From an uncultured bacterium (lineage in GTDB: Bacteria; Krumholzibacteriota; Krumholzibacteriia; Krumholzibacteriales; Krumholzibacteriaceae), in the NCBI GenBank assembly GCA_963786935.1, contig CAWBAN010000002.1, forward strand, positions 256,001-320,000: a DNA stretch of 64,000 nt, read 5' to 3'. The stretch's first letter is position 1, and every line of letters starts with the position of its first letter. Made by a program: the position numbers and the translations under genes. The notes under the pieces were generated by a model. It had not been told where the DNA came from. It searched no databases and saw nothing but the letters and a program-made list of their open reading frames with translations. Below, piece by piece: positions 56,851 through 64,000 of this stretch.

Positions 56851-58212
56851 ATGAAAATGGATCGGATAGCGGCTTTCATGGCGCTCTGTCTCGCCGTCTG
56901 TCTCACGGTCTGCCTGCCGGGCGCCGGCGCCTCTCGGGGTAACGCGGGAGCGGCGCCGGCGGGCTGCGCCGCAGGGCAGGAAGCCGCACAAGCGATCGGT
57001 GACGAGCGCGAGCGCAATCTGGCCTCATTCGACCTCGTGTGGAAAACGGTGAAGGACACCTACCCCGATTCGACGCTCGGGGGGCTCGACTGGGCTGGGA
57101 TGCGTGACAGATTCAGGCCGCGGATGGAGTCGGCAGCGACGATCGACGAAGCGCGAGCGGTGATCGGGGAGATGCTGGCGTCCCTCAACCAATCGCATCT
57201 CATGCTCATACCGAGAGACTACTTTAAAGGAGAGCGAACCGACAGCGCGCTCTCCGGCATGGGAGTCTGCGGCTTCGACGTGAGGCCCGTCGACGGAGCG
57301 GTGCTCGTGACGTCGGTGCGTCCCGATTCGCCGGCGTCCGCGGCGGGCGTGCAGCCGGGATGGGAGGTGCTCCGGATCGACGGCGTTCCGGTGCGCGAGA
57401 CGACGGACGAGATCGCGGCGCTCTACAAGGGGAGAAGCCGGTTCGAATTCGAGCTCGTACACACACTCTATTCCGACTTGAGCGGGGAGGCCGGAGACAG
57501 CGTCTCCGTCGCGTTTCGCGACGGGAAGGGTCTCGAGCGCGAGATGGAGATCGCGCTCATGAAGCGCCCCGGCCGTTACGTGCCCGCCTACGGCAACCTC
57601 GGCCCCGCCTTCATCGATTTTGAGGCGAAGAAGCTCGACGGGAACGTGGGCTACATCCGGTTCAACGGATTCGCGGGGGTCGTCTATCTCAGCTCGGCGT
57701 TCAACGGCGCGATGGATACGCTGCGCACGTCGCGCGGCGTGATTCTCGATCTGAGGGGCAACTCGGGGGGCATCGGCGGGATCGCCGTATCGATGGCGGG
57801 CTGGTTCGTCGCCGAGAAGGGGAAGAGCCTCGCGACGATCGCGAGCAGGGATCGCGTCGACCGGATACCCGTCGTGCCGCGGGCGAAGATGTACGGCGGG
57901 CCGCTCGCCGTTCTCGTCGACGGGCTCACCGCGTCGGCGGCGGAGTTTCTCGCGGGCGGACTGCAGGACATCGGGCGCGCGCGCCTCTTCGGCGCGCGGA
58001 CGGCCGGCTTCTCGGGGAGAGGCGAGCTCCTCGAGCTTCCGAACGGCGACCTGTTCATGCACGTGACGGCCCGGCACCTGCGCGCCGACGGCACCGACGT
58101 CGAGGGGAAGGGCATCGCGCCGGACGTCGCGGCGCCGCACACGCGGGCCTCGCTGCTCGCGGGAAAAGACGCTGCGCTCGAGGCGGCGCTCCGCTGGATA
58201 GAAGGAATGTAA
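56851..58212 (+). CDS. S41 family peptidase with PDZ domain, copy B
   Basis: GGLDW, QSHL, LDLRGNSGG, TASAAEFL, EGKGIAPDV. Confidence 0.9.
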   Translation: MKMDRIAAFMALCLAVCLTVCLPGAGASRGNAGAAPAGCAAGQEAAQAIGDERERNLASFDLVWKTVKDTYPDSTLGGLDWAGMRDRFRPRMESAATIDEARAVIGEMLASLNQSHLMLIPRDYFKGERTDSALSGMGVCGFDVRPVDGAVLVTSVRPDSPASAAGVQPGWEVLRIDGVPVRETTDEIAALYKGRSRFEFELVHTLYSDLSGEAGDSVSVAFRDGKGLEREMEIALMKRPGRYVPAYGNLGPAFIDFEAKKLDGNVGYIRFNGFAGVVYLSSAFNGAMDTLRTSRGVILDLRGNSGGIGGIAVSMAGWFVAEKGKSLATIASRDRVDRIPVVPRAKMYGGPLAVLVDGLTASAAEFLAGGLQDIGRARLFGARTAGFSGRGELLELPNGDLFMHVTARHLRADGTDVEGKGIAPDVAAPHTRASLLAGKDAALEAALRWIEGM

Positions 58213-58242
58213 TTCGGTTCGGCGCGACGAAGGAGGCAATCG

Positions 58243-59322
58243 ATGCGGGAGACGAAGACGATGCGGAAACGAACGGGCGGCAGGGCGAATGGAGCGCGCG
58301 CAACGCGGGCGCTCCGCGCGTTGGGCGCGCTGCTTGCGATCGGCGCGGCGTTCGCGGGCTGCAGCGAAAAGGGCGTCTATCCCGAGCTCCGCGGTCCCTA
58401 TCTCGGGCAGGCGCCTCCCGCGGCGGAGCCCGCGCTCTTCGCGCCGGGCGTCGTGTCGACCGGCTTCTACGAACGCGACCTCGCCGTCACGCCCGACGGG
58501 GGCGAGATCTTCTACGGCCTCGTGTTCGGCGGGCACGTCACGATCATGCACACGCGCCTCGTGAACGGCGCCTGGACCGAGCCGGAGATCGCGCCGTTCG
58601 CCCGCGATCTCTCATGCTTCTACTTCGAGCCGGCGCTCTCGAGCGACGGCAACAGGCTCTATTTCCTCTGCACACGGGCGCCGGCGGGGCAGGAGCCGAA
58701 GACCGGATGGGCCTACCAGAACATCTGGGCGGTCGACCGCGCGGCGGACGGCTCGTGGGGCGAGCCGTACATGATCGGCCCGCCTGTCAGCACGGACGAC
58801 GAGGAGTATTTCCCCTCGGTCACTCGCGACGGGACGATCTATTTCACGCGTCAGATGCAGGGTCAGGAGGAGGGCAACATCTATCGCGCGCGGCTCGTGA
58901 ACGGCGCGTATGCCGAGGCCGAGATGCTCCCGGACGAGATCAACGGCGCGGGGAGCGTCTACAACGCGTGCATCTCTCCCGACGAGAGCTTCCTCATTGC
59001 TTGCGTCGGGGGGCGGGACAGCAGCATCACCAAGGGAATGGCGCACTACTACGTCTTCTTCCGCAGTCCGGACGACACGTGGAGCGAAGGAATCAACCTC
59101 GGCGAGAAGATCAACGCTCCCGGCACGAACGCGCTCTCGCCGTCGATCAGCACGGACGGAAAATACTTCTTCTTCGCGACGACGAAGGCCGAGGATCTCG
59201 ACGCGAAGGCGCCGGGCGCTCTGACGTCGCGGGGAATACGCGAATACTACGGCAAGCCCGGCAACGGGCTCGCCGACATATACTGGATCGATGCGGCGTA
59301 CATTCGGAGTCTGAGAAAGTAG
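58243..59322 (+). CDS. PD40/TolB-like beta-propeller lipoprotein
   Basis: Lipobox FAGC; GPYLGQ.PP, TPDG.EIFY, SPDESFL, STDGKYFFF. Confidence 0.85.
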   Translation: MRETKTMRKRTGGRANGARATRALRALGALLAIGAAFAGCSEKGVYPELRGPYLGQAPPAAEPALFAPGVVSTGFYERDLAVTPDGGEIFYGLVFGGHVTIMHTRLVNGAWTEPEIAPFARDLSCFYFEPALSSDGNRLYFLCTRAPAGQEPKTGWAYQNIWAVDRAADGSWGEPYMIGPPVSTDDEEYFPSVTRDGTIYFTRQMQGQEEGNIYRARLVNGAYAEAEMLPDEINGAGSVYNACISPDESFLIACVGGRDSSITKGMAHYYVFFRSPDDTWSEGINLGEKINAPGTNALSPSISTDGKYFFFATTKAEDLDAKAPGALTSRGIREYYGKPGNGLADIYWIDAAYIRSLRK

Positions 59323-59367
59323 CGCGGTTCGGAGCCGGCGGGCCGTTCCGCGCTGAGAGGAGAGCTT

Positions 59368-59640
59368 ATGAGCGCAAGCGACGTGTTCATGGCGATCGCG
59401 CTGATCTGCGTGGGGTGGGGCGTCGTATCCGCGATGGTCATCGTTTCCTTCCTGCAGTCGCACGGGGTCAAGATCAACTGGATCCTCATCAAGCTCTGGA
59501 TCATCAAGTACGTGAGCCAGTACGAGGAGATCACGCGGAAGGAAACCGGCAAGGCAGGGGCTTGGTATTTTTCGTATGTCATCTCGATGTTGACGGCGCT
59601 TGGGACGGCCGTCGTCGGGATCATTCTCAAGTGGATCTGA
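59368..59640 (+). CDS. Small membrane protein
   Basis: GAGGAG RBS; hydrophobic helices at both ends. Confidence 0.7.
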   Translation: MSASDVFMAIALICVGWGVVSAMVIVSFLQSHGVKINWILIKLWIIKYVSQYEEITRKETGKAGAWYFSYVISMLTALGTAVVGIILKWI

Positions 59641-59699
59641 GCGGCGGCAGTTTTAATTAATTGATATTAAATTACTTACGCCAGAAGGCCATATTTTTC

Positions 59700-59742
59700 T
59701 TGTTATGCTGTGCAACATACAGTATAATGTGTTCGTACAGTA
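59700..59742 (+). promoter_or_regulatory. Promoter of padR with repeated TACAGTA boxes
   Basis: TTGTTA-17-TATAAT; two TGTG...TACAGTA elements overlapping -10 and +1. Confidence 0.65.
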
Positions 59743-59760
59743 TGGCGGGGGTGGTAGACG

Positions 59761-60099
59761 ATGGAAATGGAATTCGGATCATTCGAAACGGAGCTGAACC
59801 GGGGCTTTCTTCAGGTCCTCGTTCTCGTCGCGCTCGAGAAGAAGATGTACGGCTACGGGATGATCAAGTTCTTCGAAGAAGCGGGATACGCGGTCGAGGA
59901 GAACACGCTCTATCCGCTGCTCCGGCGCCTCGAGAAGAACGGCTGGATCAAGAGCGAGTGGGACGTGGGGGAGGACCGGCCGAAGAAATATTACGTAATC
60001 ACCGAGGCGGGCGCGTCGGTGCGCGAGCGGGCGCTCGCGATCTGGGCCGGACAGAACGAAATTCTGAACATCATGAGGGAGGCGAATCGCCATGCATGA
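59761..60099 (+). CDS. PadR family transcriptional regulator
   Basis: YGYGMI, NTLYPLLRRLEK.G, RPKKYY.IT..G. Confidence 0.93.
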   Translation: MEMEFGSFETELNRGFLQVLVLVALEKKMYGYGMIKFFEEAGYAVEENTLYPLLRRLEKNGWIKSEWDVGEDRPKKYYVITEAGASVRERALAIWAGQNEILNIMREANRHA

Positions 60100-61021
60100 G
60101 AACCTCGAGAAGTATCTCGGCGAAATCAGCCACTATCTCGTCGTCACGCAGGGGGCGGACGAGATTCTCGCCGAGATCCGGAGCCACATTCTGGAAAAGG
60201 CGGAGCTCGAATCGGGAGGCGCCACGCCGGCGGCGATCGACCGCGCGATCGCGGCGTACGGGAGCCCGCGCGACGTCGCCGCGAAGTACCTCGACGGCGA
60301 GGAGATCATCTCCCCGATTTTCAAGAAGCATCTCTTCCGCTACACGACGATGCTCTTCGCGATCCATTTCGTGCTCACCGCGCTCGCCGTGTTCTTCCGC
60401 GCGAGCATCGTCGCGATACCGTTCTTCTTCATTCCGAAGATGAGCGTGTTCTGGGCGATGCCCTATCTCCTCATGGCGCTCGTGTACGATTTCGGCGTCG
60501 TCGCGCTGATCCTCTATCTCGTGACGCAGCGCAAGGGCGGCGTCCGGCTGCCGTGGTTCGGCGTGCGCCTCGGACGCTTGGGCGAATCGGGGCTCAAGAA
60601 GCCCAAGCCCGCCGTGCTCGTCATGCTCATCGCGATCCTCGGGGCGCTCGTCTTCGTCTTCGTCAAGTACCACACGATCTTCTTCTATTCGATCGACGGC
60701 AGCCGGCCCCGGTCGCTCCTCAATCCCGCCGCGTCCGTGTACTTCTCGATCCTGTTCCTCGCCGCGCTCGCCTGCGACATCATCGGCTACTGGGTGCGGT
60801 TCCTTTTCAACTCGGCGTGGGTCACCCTCGCCCAGAACACGGTCGTGCTGCTCATCCTCTGGATCGTGTGGAACAGCCCGATAAAGCCGGAGTTCGCCTC
60901 CGCCACGGGAACGGATCTGAACCTCATCGGGGGAGGGCTCGTGCTCTTCTTGATCATTCTGAACGTCTTCAGGTGGCTCCGGAGCATCATTCGCGTGGCG
61001 AGAGAAATGTCCCTTCCGTGA
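60092..61021 (+). CDS. PadR-associated membrane protein with N-terminal HAAS/DUF1700-like domain
   Basis: EILAEIRSHI...YGSPRDVAAKY then multiple TM helices. Confidence 0.75.
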   Translation: MHENLEKYLGEISHYLVVTQGADEILAEIRSHILEKAELESGGATPAAIDRAIAAYGSPRDVAAKYLDGEEIISPIFKKHLFRYTTMLFAIHFVLTALAVFFRASIVAIPFFFIPKMSVFWAMPYLLMALVYDFGVVALILYLVTQRKGGVRLPWFGVRLGRLGESGLKKPKPAVLVMLIAILGALVFVFVKYHTIFFYSIDGSRPRSLLNPAASVYFSILFLAALACDIIGYWVRFLFNSAWVTLAQNTVVLLILWIVWNSPIKPEFASATGTDLNLIGGGLVLFLIILNVFRWLRSIIRVAREMSLP

Positions 61022-61056
61022 TTGTCATCGGGAGCGATTTCCGCTAGATTGAGCCT

Positions 61057-61770
61057 ATGGATCGCTACCCGGAATCGAGCGTCGCCGCCCTCGTCGCACT
61101 GCGGCGCGCGAGGGCCTGCTTTCACTCGTGGCTCTATCGCGTGTCCGCCGAGCGGGAGATCGTCGCGAAGGACGTCGAGCGCTGGAACGCGGTGCTCGGG
61201 GGGAGCGCGTTGGGCGGCGCAGCGCGCGCCGCTTCGATGGCCGGCGTCTCGGGCGTCGCGGCAGGCGCCGCCGCGGATTCGAGCGCGGCGCCGAAACGCG
61301 GGCTCGCCGATCTCGTCGCGCATTATCCTGAGTTCCGCGCGCTGTTCCACTATCGCGTCGCGCGCGAGCGGCGGCTCGGAATCAGGGCGCTCCTCGCGCT
61401 CGCCGACTGGTGCTGGCGCCCGCTCGAGAGCCTCTACATCGTGACGCCGACGATCGGCCCTGGTCTCTTCATCCAGCACGGTTTCAGCACGATCATCGCG
61501 GCGAAAAGCCTCGGGGAAAACTGCTGGGTGAACCAGCAGGTGACGATCGGATTCTCGAGCGTCGACGACTGCCCGACGCTCGGGAACAACGTCTCCGTCA
61601 AGGCGGGGGCGATCGTCATCGGCGATATCACGATCGGTGACGGCGCCGTCGTCGGCGCCGGCGCGGTCGTCGTGAAGGACGTGCCGCCGTTCAGCACGGT
61701 CGTGGGCGTTCCGGCCCGGATCGTCGGGCGGGGCGCTTCGAACGCGGACGCACCGCGGGACGCGCGGTGA
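61057..61770 (+). CDS. Serine acetyltransferase-like hexapeptide (LbH) protein
   Basis: IGPGLFIQHG, QQVTIG, IGDGAVVGAGAVVVKDVP, VVGVPAR. Confidence 0.8.
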   Translation: MDRYPESSVAALVALRRARACFHSWLYRVSAEREIVAKDVERWNAVLGGSALGGAARAASMAGVSGVAAGAAADSSAAPKRGLADLVAHYPEFRALFHYRVARERRLGIRALLALADWCWRPLESLYIVTPTIGPGLFIQHGFSTIIAAKSLGENCWVNQQVTIGFSSVDDCPTLGNNVSVKAGAIVIGDITIGDGAVVGAGAVVVKDVPPFSTVVGVPARIVGRGASNADAPRDAR

Positions 61771-61783
61771 AGGAGGCGCAGGG

Positions 61784-62149
61784 ATGCCGTTGTCCGTTTT
61801 CACGAAAATCAGCCTGCTCTATCTCGTGCGATCGATCGCGCGGATGGTGTCGTTCGCGCTGCTCATTTTGCTCGGCATGGTGGTCGTCGGGCAGGGGCTC
61901 CCGGATATCAACGCGTTCACCCACGGCGAGAAGGTGTCCGGGGTCATGTTCATCGTCATGATCGCCGGGCTCGTCGTCGGCTGGTTTCGCGAGCTCGCCG
62001 GGGCCCTGCTCATCGTCGGCGGGTTCCTCGGATTCATGGCATCGGAGTACGCGACCACCGGCGACATCGGCATGAGCGGGATATTCATGTTGTTTCCGTT
62101 GGCCGGTTCGCTCTTCTTCGTGTACTGGCTGCTCACGAGGAGACGGTAG
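61784..62149 (+). CDS. Hypothetical four-TM membrane protein
   Basis: AAGGAGG RBS; GW.RELAG motif. Confidence 0.7.
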   Translation: MPLSVFTKISLLYLVRSIARMVSFALLILLGMVVVGQGLPDINAFTHGEKVSGVMFIVMIAGLVVGWFRELAGALLIVGGFLGFMASEYATTGDIGMSGIFMLFPLAGSLFFVYWLLTRRR

Positions 62150-62192
62150 CGGAGCGCCGCCGCGGGCGGCGCCGGGAAGAAAGGAGACTCGT

Positions 62193-62915
62193 ATGGAGCG
62201 AAAAGATTTCTGGGAATCCGCGTTCAGCGGCATCGCGATCGGTCTCGGCATCTGCATCGCGGGGCTGAGCATGAGTCACGCCCTCTTCGAGACGCGCGCC
62301 TCGCAGCGCTCGGTGTCGGTCAAGGGGCTCGCCGAGCGCGAGGTCGGCGCGGATCTCGTCGTCTGGCCGCTCACCTTCGAGGCGATGAGCAACGACCTGA
62401 ACGATCTCCAGTCGCAGGTGGAAGCGAAACGCCGAACGATCAACGCGTATCTGCTGGAGTCCGGCTTCGGCGAGGCGGAGATTTCGCAGTCGGCGCCGCG
62501 CATCAGGGATTCGCAGTCGGAGACGATGTACGGACAGGCGACGCCGCCGAAGTTCCGCTACATCGCGCAGGCCACGCTCACCCTTCGCACGAACAAGATC
62601 GAGGTCGTCAAGAAGGCGATCGAGAACGCCGGCGCCCTCGTCGGGAAGGGGATCGTGCTCGTCGGGGAGAACTACGGGCGGACGACCGAGTTCCTCTTCA
62701 CCGGCCTCAACGAGATCAAGCCGGCCATGATCGAGGAAGCGACGATGAACGCGCGCAAGGCCGCCGAGCAGTTCGCGAAGGACTCGGGGAGCAAGGTGGG
62801 CAAGATCCGGAGCGCCTCGCAGGGGCTCTTCACGATCACCGATCGCGATATGAACTCGCCCGACCGGAAGAACGTGCGCGTCGTGACGACGGTCGAATAC
62901 TACCTCAACGATTGA
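62193..62915 (+). CDS. SIMPL (DUF541) domain protein
   Basis: VSVKGLAEREV.AD, KPAMIEEAT.NAR, ASQGLF, VRVVTTVEY. Confidence 0.9.
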   Translation: MERKDFWESAFSGIAIGLGICIAGLSMSHALFETRASQRSVSVKGLAEREVGADLVVWPLTFEAMSNDLNDLQSQVEAKRRTINAYLLESGFGEAEISQSAPRIRDSQSETMYGQATPPKFRYIAQATLTLRTNKIEVVKKAIENAGALVGKGIVLVGENYGRTTEFLFTGLNEIKPAMIEEATMNARKAAEQFAKDSGSKVGKIRSASQGLFTITDRDMNSPDRKNVRVVTTVEYYLND

Positions 62916-62962
62916 AGCGGCGGAGCGTTCGCATGAAGAAGTCGTGTCGTCCGGGCGCCGCG

Positions 62963-63643
62963 ATGAGCGTCCCCGAAATCGTCGCGGAGCTTCGGGCGCA
63001 CGGGAGCCCCGCGAACGTCGCCGGCATGGCGCGCTACGGGATCAATCCGAAGAATGCGCTCGGCGTCTCGGTTCCCGCACTCCGGACGCTGGCGAAGCGC
63101 GTCGGCCGGGACCACGCGACGGCGCTCGCGCTCTGGAAGACCGGCATCCACGAGGCGCGCGGCCTCGCGGGGCTCGTGGACGAGCCGGCGAGGGTCACCG
63201 AGGCGCAGCTCGAGCGATGGGCGAAGGATTTCGACTCGTGGGACATCTGCGACGGCGTCTGCAGCAATCTCTTCGACCGGACCCCGTTCGCGCGCGGGAA
63301 GGCGATCGAGTGGAGCGCGCGTCGCGCGGAGTTCGTGAAGCGCGCCGGCTTCGTGCTCATGGCCGCCCTCGCCGTGCACGACAAGAAGGCACCCGACGCC
63401 CTCTTCAGGGAGTTCCTCCCGATCATCGAGCGGGAATCGACGGACGAGCGCAACTTCGTGAAGAAGGCGGTCAACTGGGCGCTCCGCCAGATCGGAAAGC
63501 GGAACCGCGCGCTCAACCGCGACGCGATCGCCGCGGCGAAGCGAATCCGCCGGATCGAGTCGAAGGCCGCCCGCTGGATCGCCGCCGACGCGCTGCGGGA
63601 GCTCGAAAGCTCCGCGGTGCAGACGCGGCTGAAACGGAAATGA
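62963..63643 (+). CDS. AlkD-like DNA alkylation repair protein (start may be 62933)
   Basis: GVSVP.LR, FDSWDICD, DERNFVKKAVNWALRQIGKRN. Confidence 0.9.
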   Translation: MSVPEIVAELRAHGSPANVAGMARYGINPKNALGVSVPALRTLAKRVGRDHATALALWKTGIHEARGLAGLVDEPARVTEAQLERWAKDFDSWDICDGVCSNLFDRTPFARGKAIEWSARRAEFVKRAGFVLMAALAVHDKKAPDALFREFLPIIERESTDERNFVKKAVNWALRQIGKRNRALNRDAIAAAKRIRRIESKAARWIAADALRELESSAVQTRLKRK

Positions 63644-64000
63644 AGAAGCTCTCCCGCCGGGAGATCGAGAAATTCCGGGCGGCCGTGCTCGCGAACTACC
63701 GCGCGCGCGGCCGGCGCGATCTCGCGTGGCGCAAAACGAAGGATCCGTACCGCATCCTCGTCTCCGAATTCATGCTCCAGCAGACGCAAGTCGCGCGGGT
63801 GGCGGCGAAGTTCGAGCCGTTCGTCGAGCGCTTCCCCGATTTCGAATCGCTCGCCCGCGCGCCGCTCGCCGCGGTCGTGCGGGAGTGGAGCGGGCTCGGC
63901 TACAACCGCCGGGCGCTCCATCTGCGTGAGACGGCCCGGATCGTCGTCTCTCGCTTCGGCGGTCGGCTGCCGCGCGGCTTCGACGAGCTCCGCAGCCTCC
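63640..64000 (+). CDS. mutY: A/G-specific adenine glycosylase (3' truncated by window edge)
   Basis: RDLAWR..DPYRILVSEFMLQQTQV...WSGLGYNRRA. Confidence 0.92.
   Translation, partial: MKKLSRREIEKFRAAVLANYRARGRRDLAWRKTKDPYRILVSEFMLQQTQVARVAAKFEPFVERFPDFESLARAPLAAVVREWSGLGYNRRALHLRETARIVVSRFGGRLPRGFDELRSL

Noticed and set aside
61195..61295. Ala/Gly-rich insertion in the acetyltransferase-like gene
   Set aside because: In-frame low-complexity linker with no repeat or mobile-element structure

Overview
GC-rich bacterial chromosome segment with about 60 genes and no rRNA, tRNA, CRISPR array or intact transposase/integrase recognised. Four genes end in a 'QNYPNPF...VYD..GR.V..L...WDG....G.YFYRL....KKM.L' C-terminal domain (T9SS type-A sorting / FlgD-Ig-like), which suggests an FCB-superphylum organism such as Latescibacterota/Krumholzibacteriota (inference). 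The window is dominated by exported peptide-degrading enzymes (amidase, 2x M16, PepF, 2x S8, M28, 2x S41) plus a glycyl-radical enzyme matching hydroxyproline dehydratase HypD and its activase, GT-C glycosyltransferases and housekeeping genes (rsgA, rlmI-like, pseudouridine synthase, AlkD-like, mutY). The most unusual structure is a tandemly duplicated three-gene module at about 39.0-52.8 kb: an 8-repeat beta-propeller CTD protein transcribed divergently from a giant S8 protease with Asp/Gly/Cys repeats, followed by a small DNRLRE-like protein. The two copies have closely similar outer arms and a diverged, more AT-rich core, and are separated by an orphan 3' fragment of an M20 hydrolase gene. 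Other signals: a poly-C frameshift in a Tat-type GH20-like gene, a promoter embedded in the activase ORF, a sigma54 site before a V4R-like gene, operator arrays for XRE/RHH/PadR regulators, and a 25-aa hydrophobic sORF. All calls come from reading motifs by eye; no searches were run.
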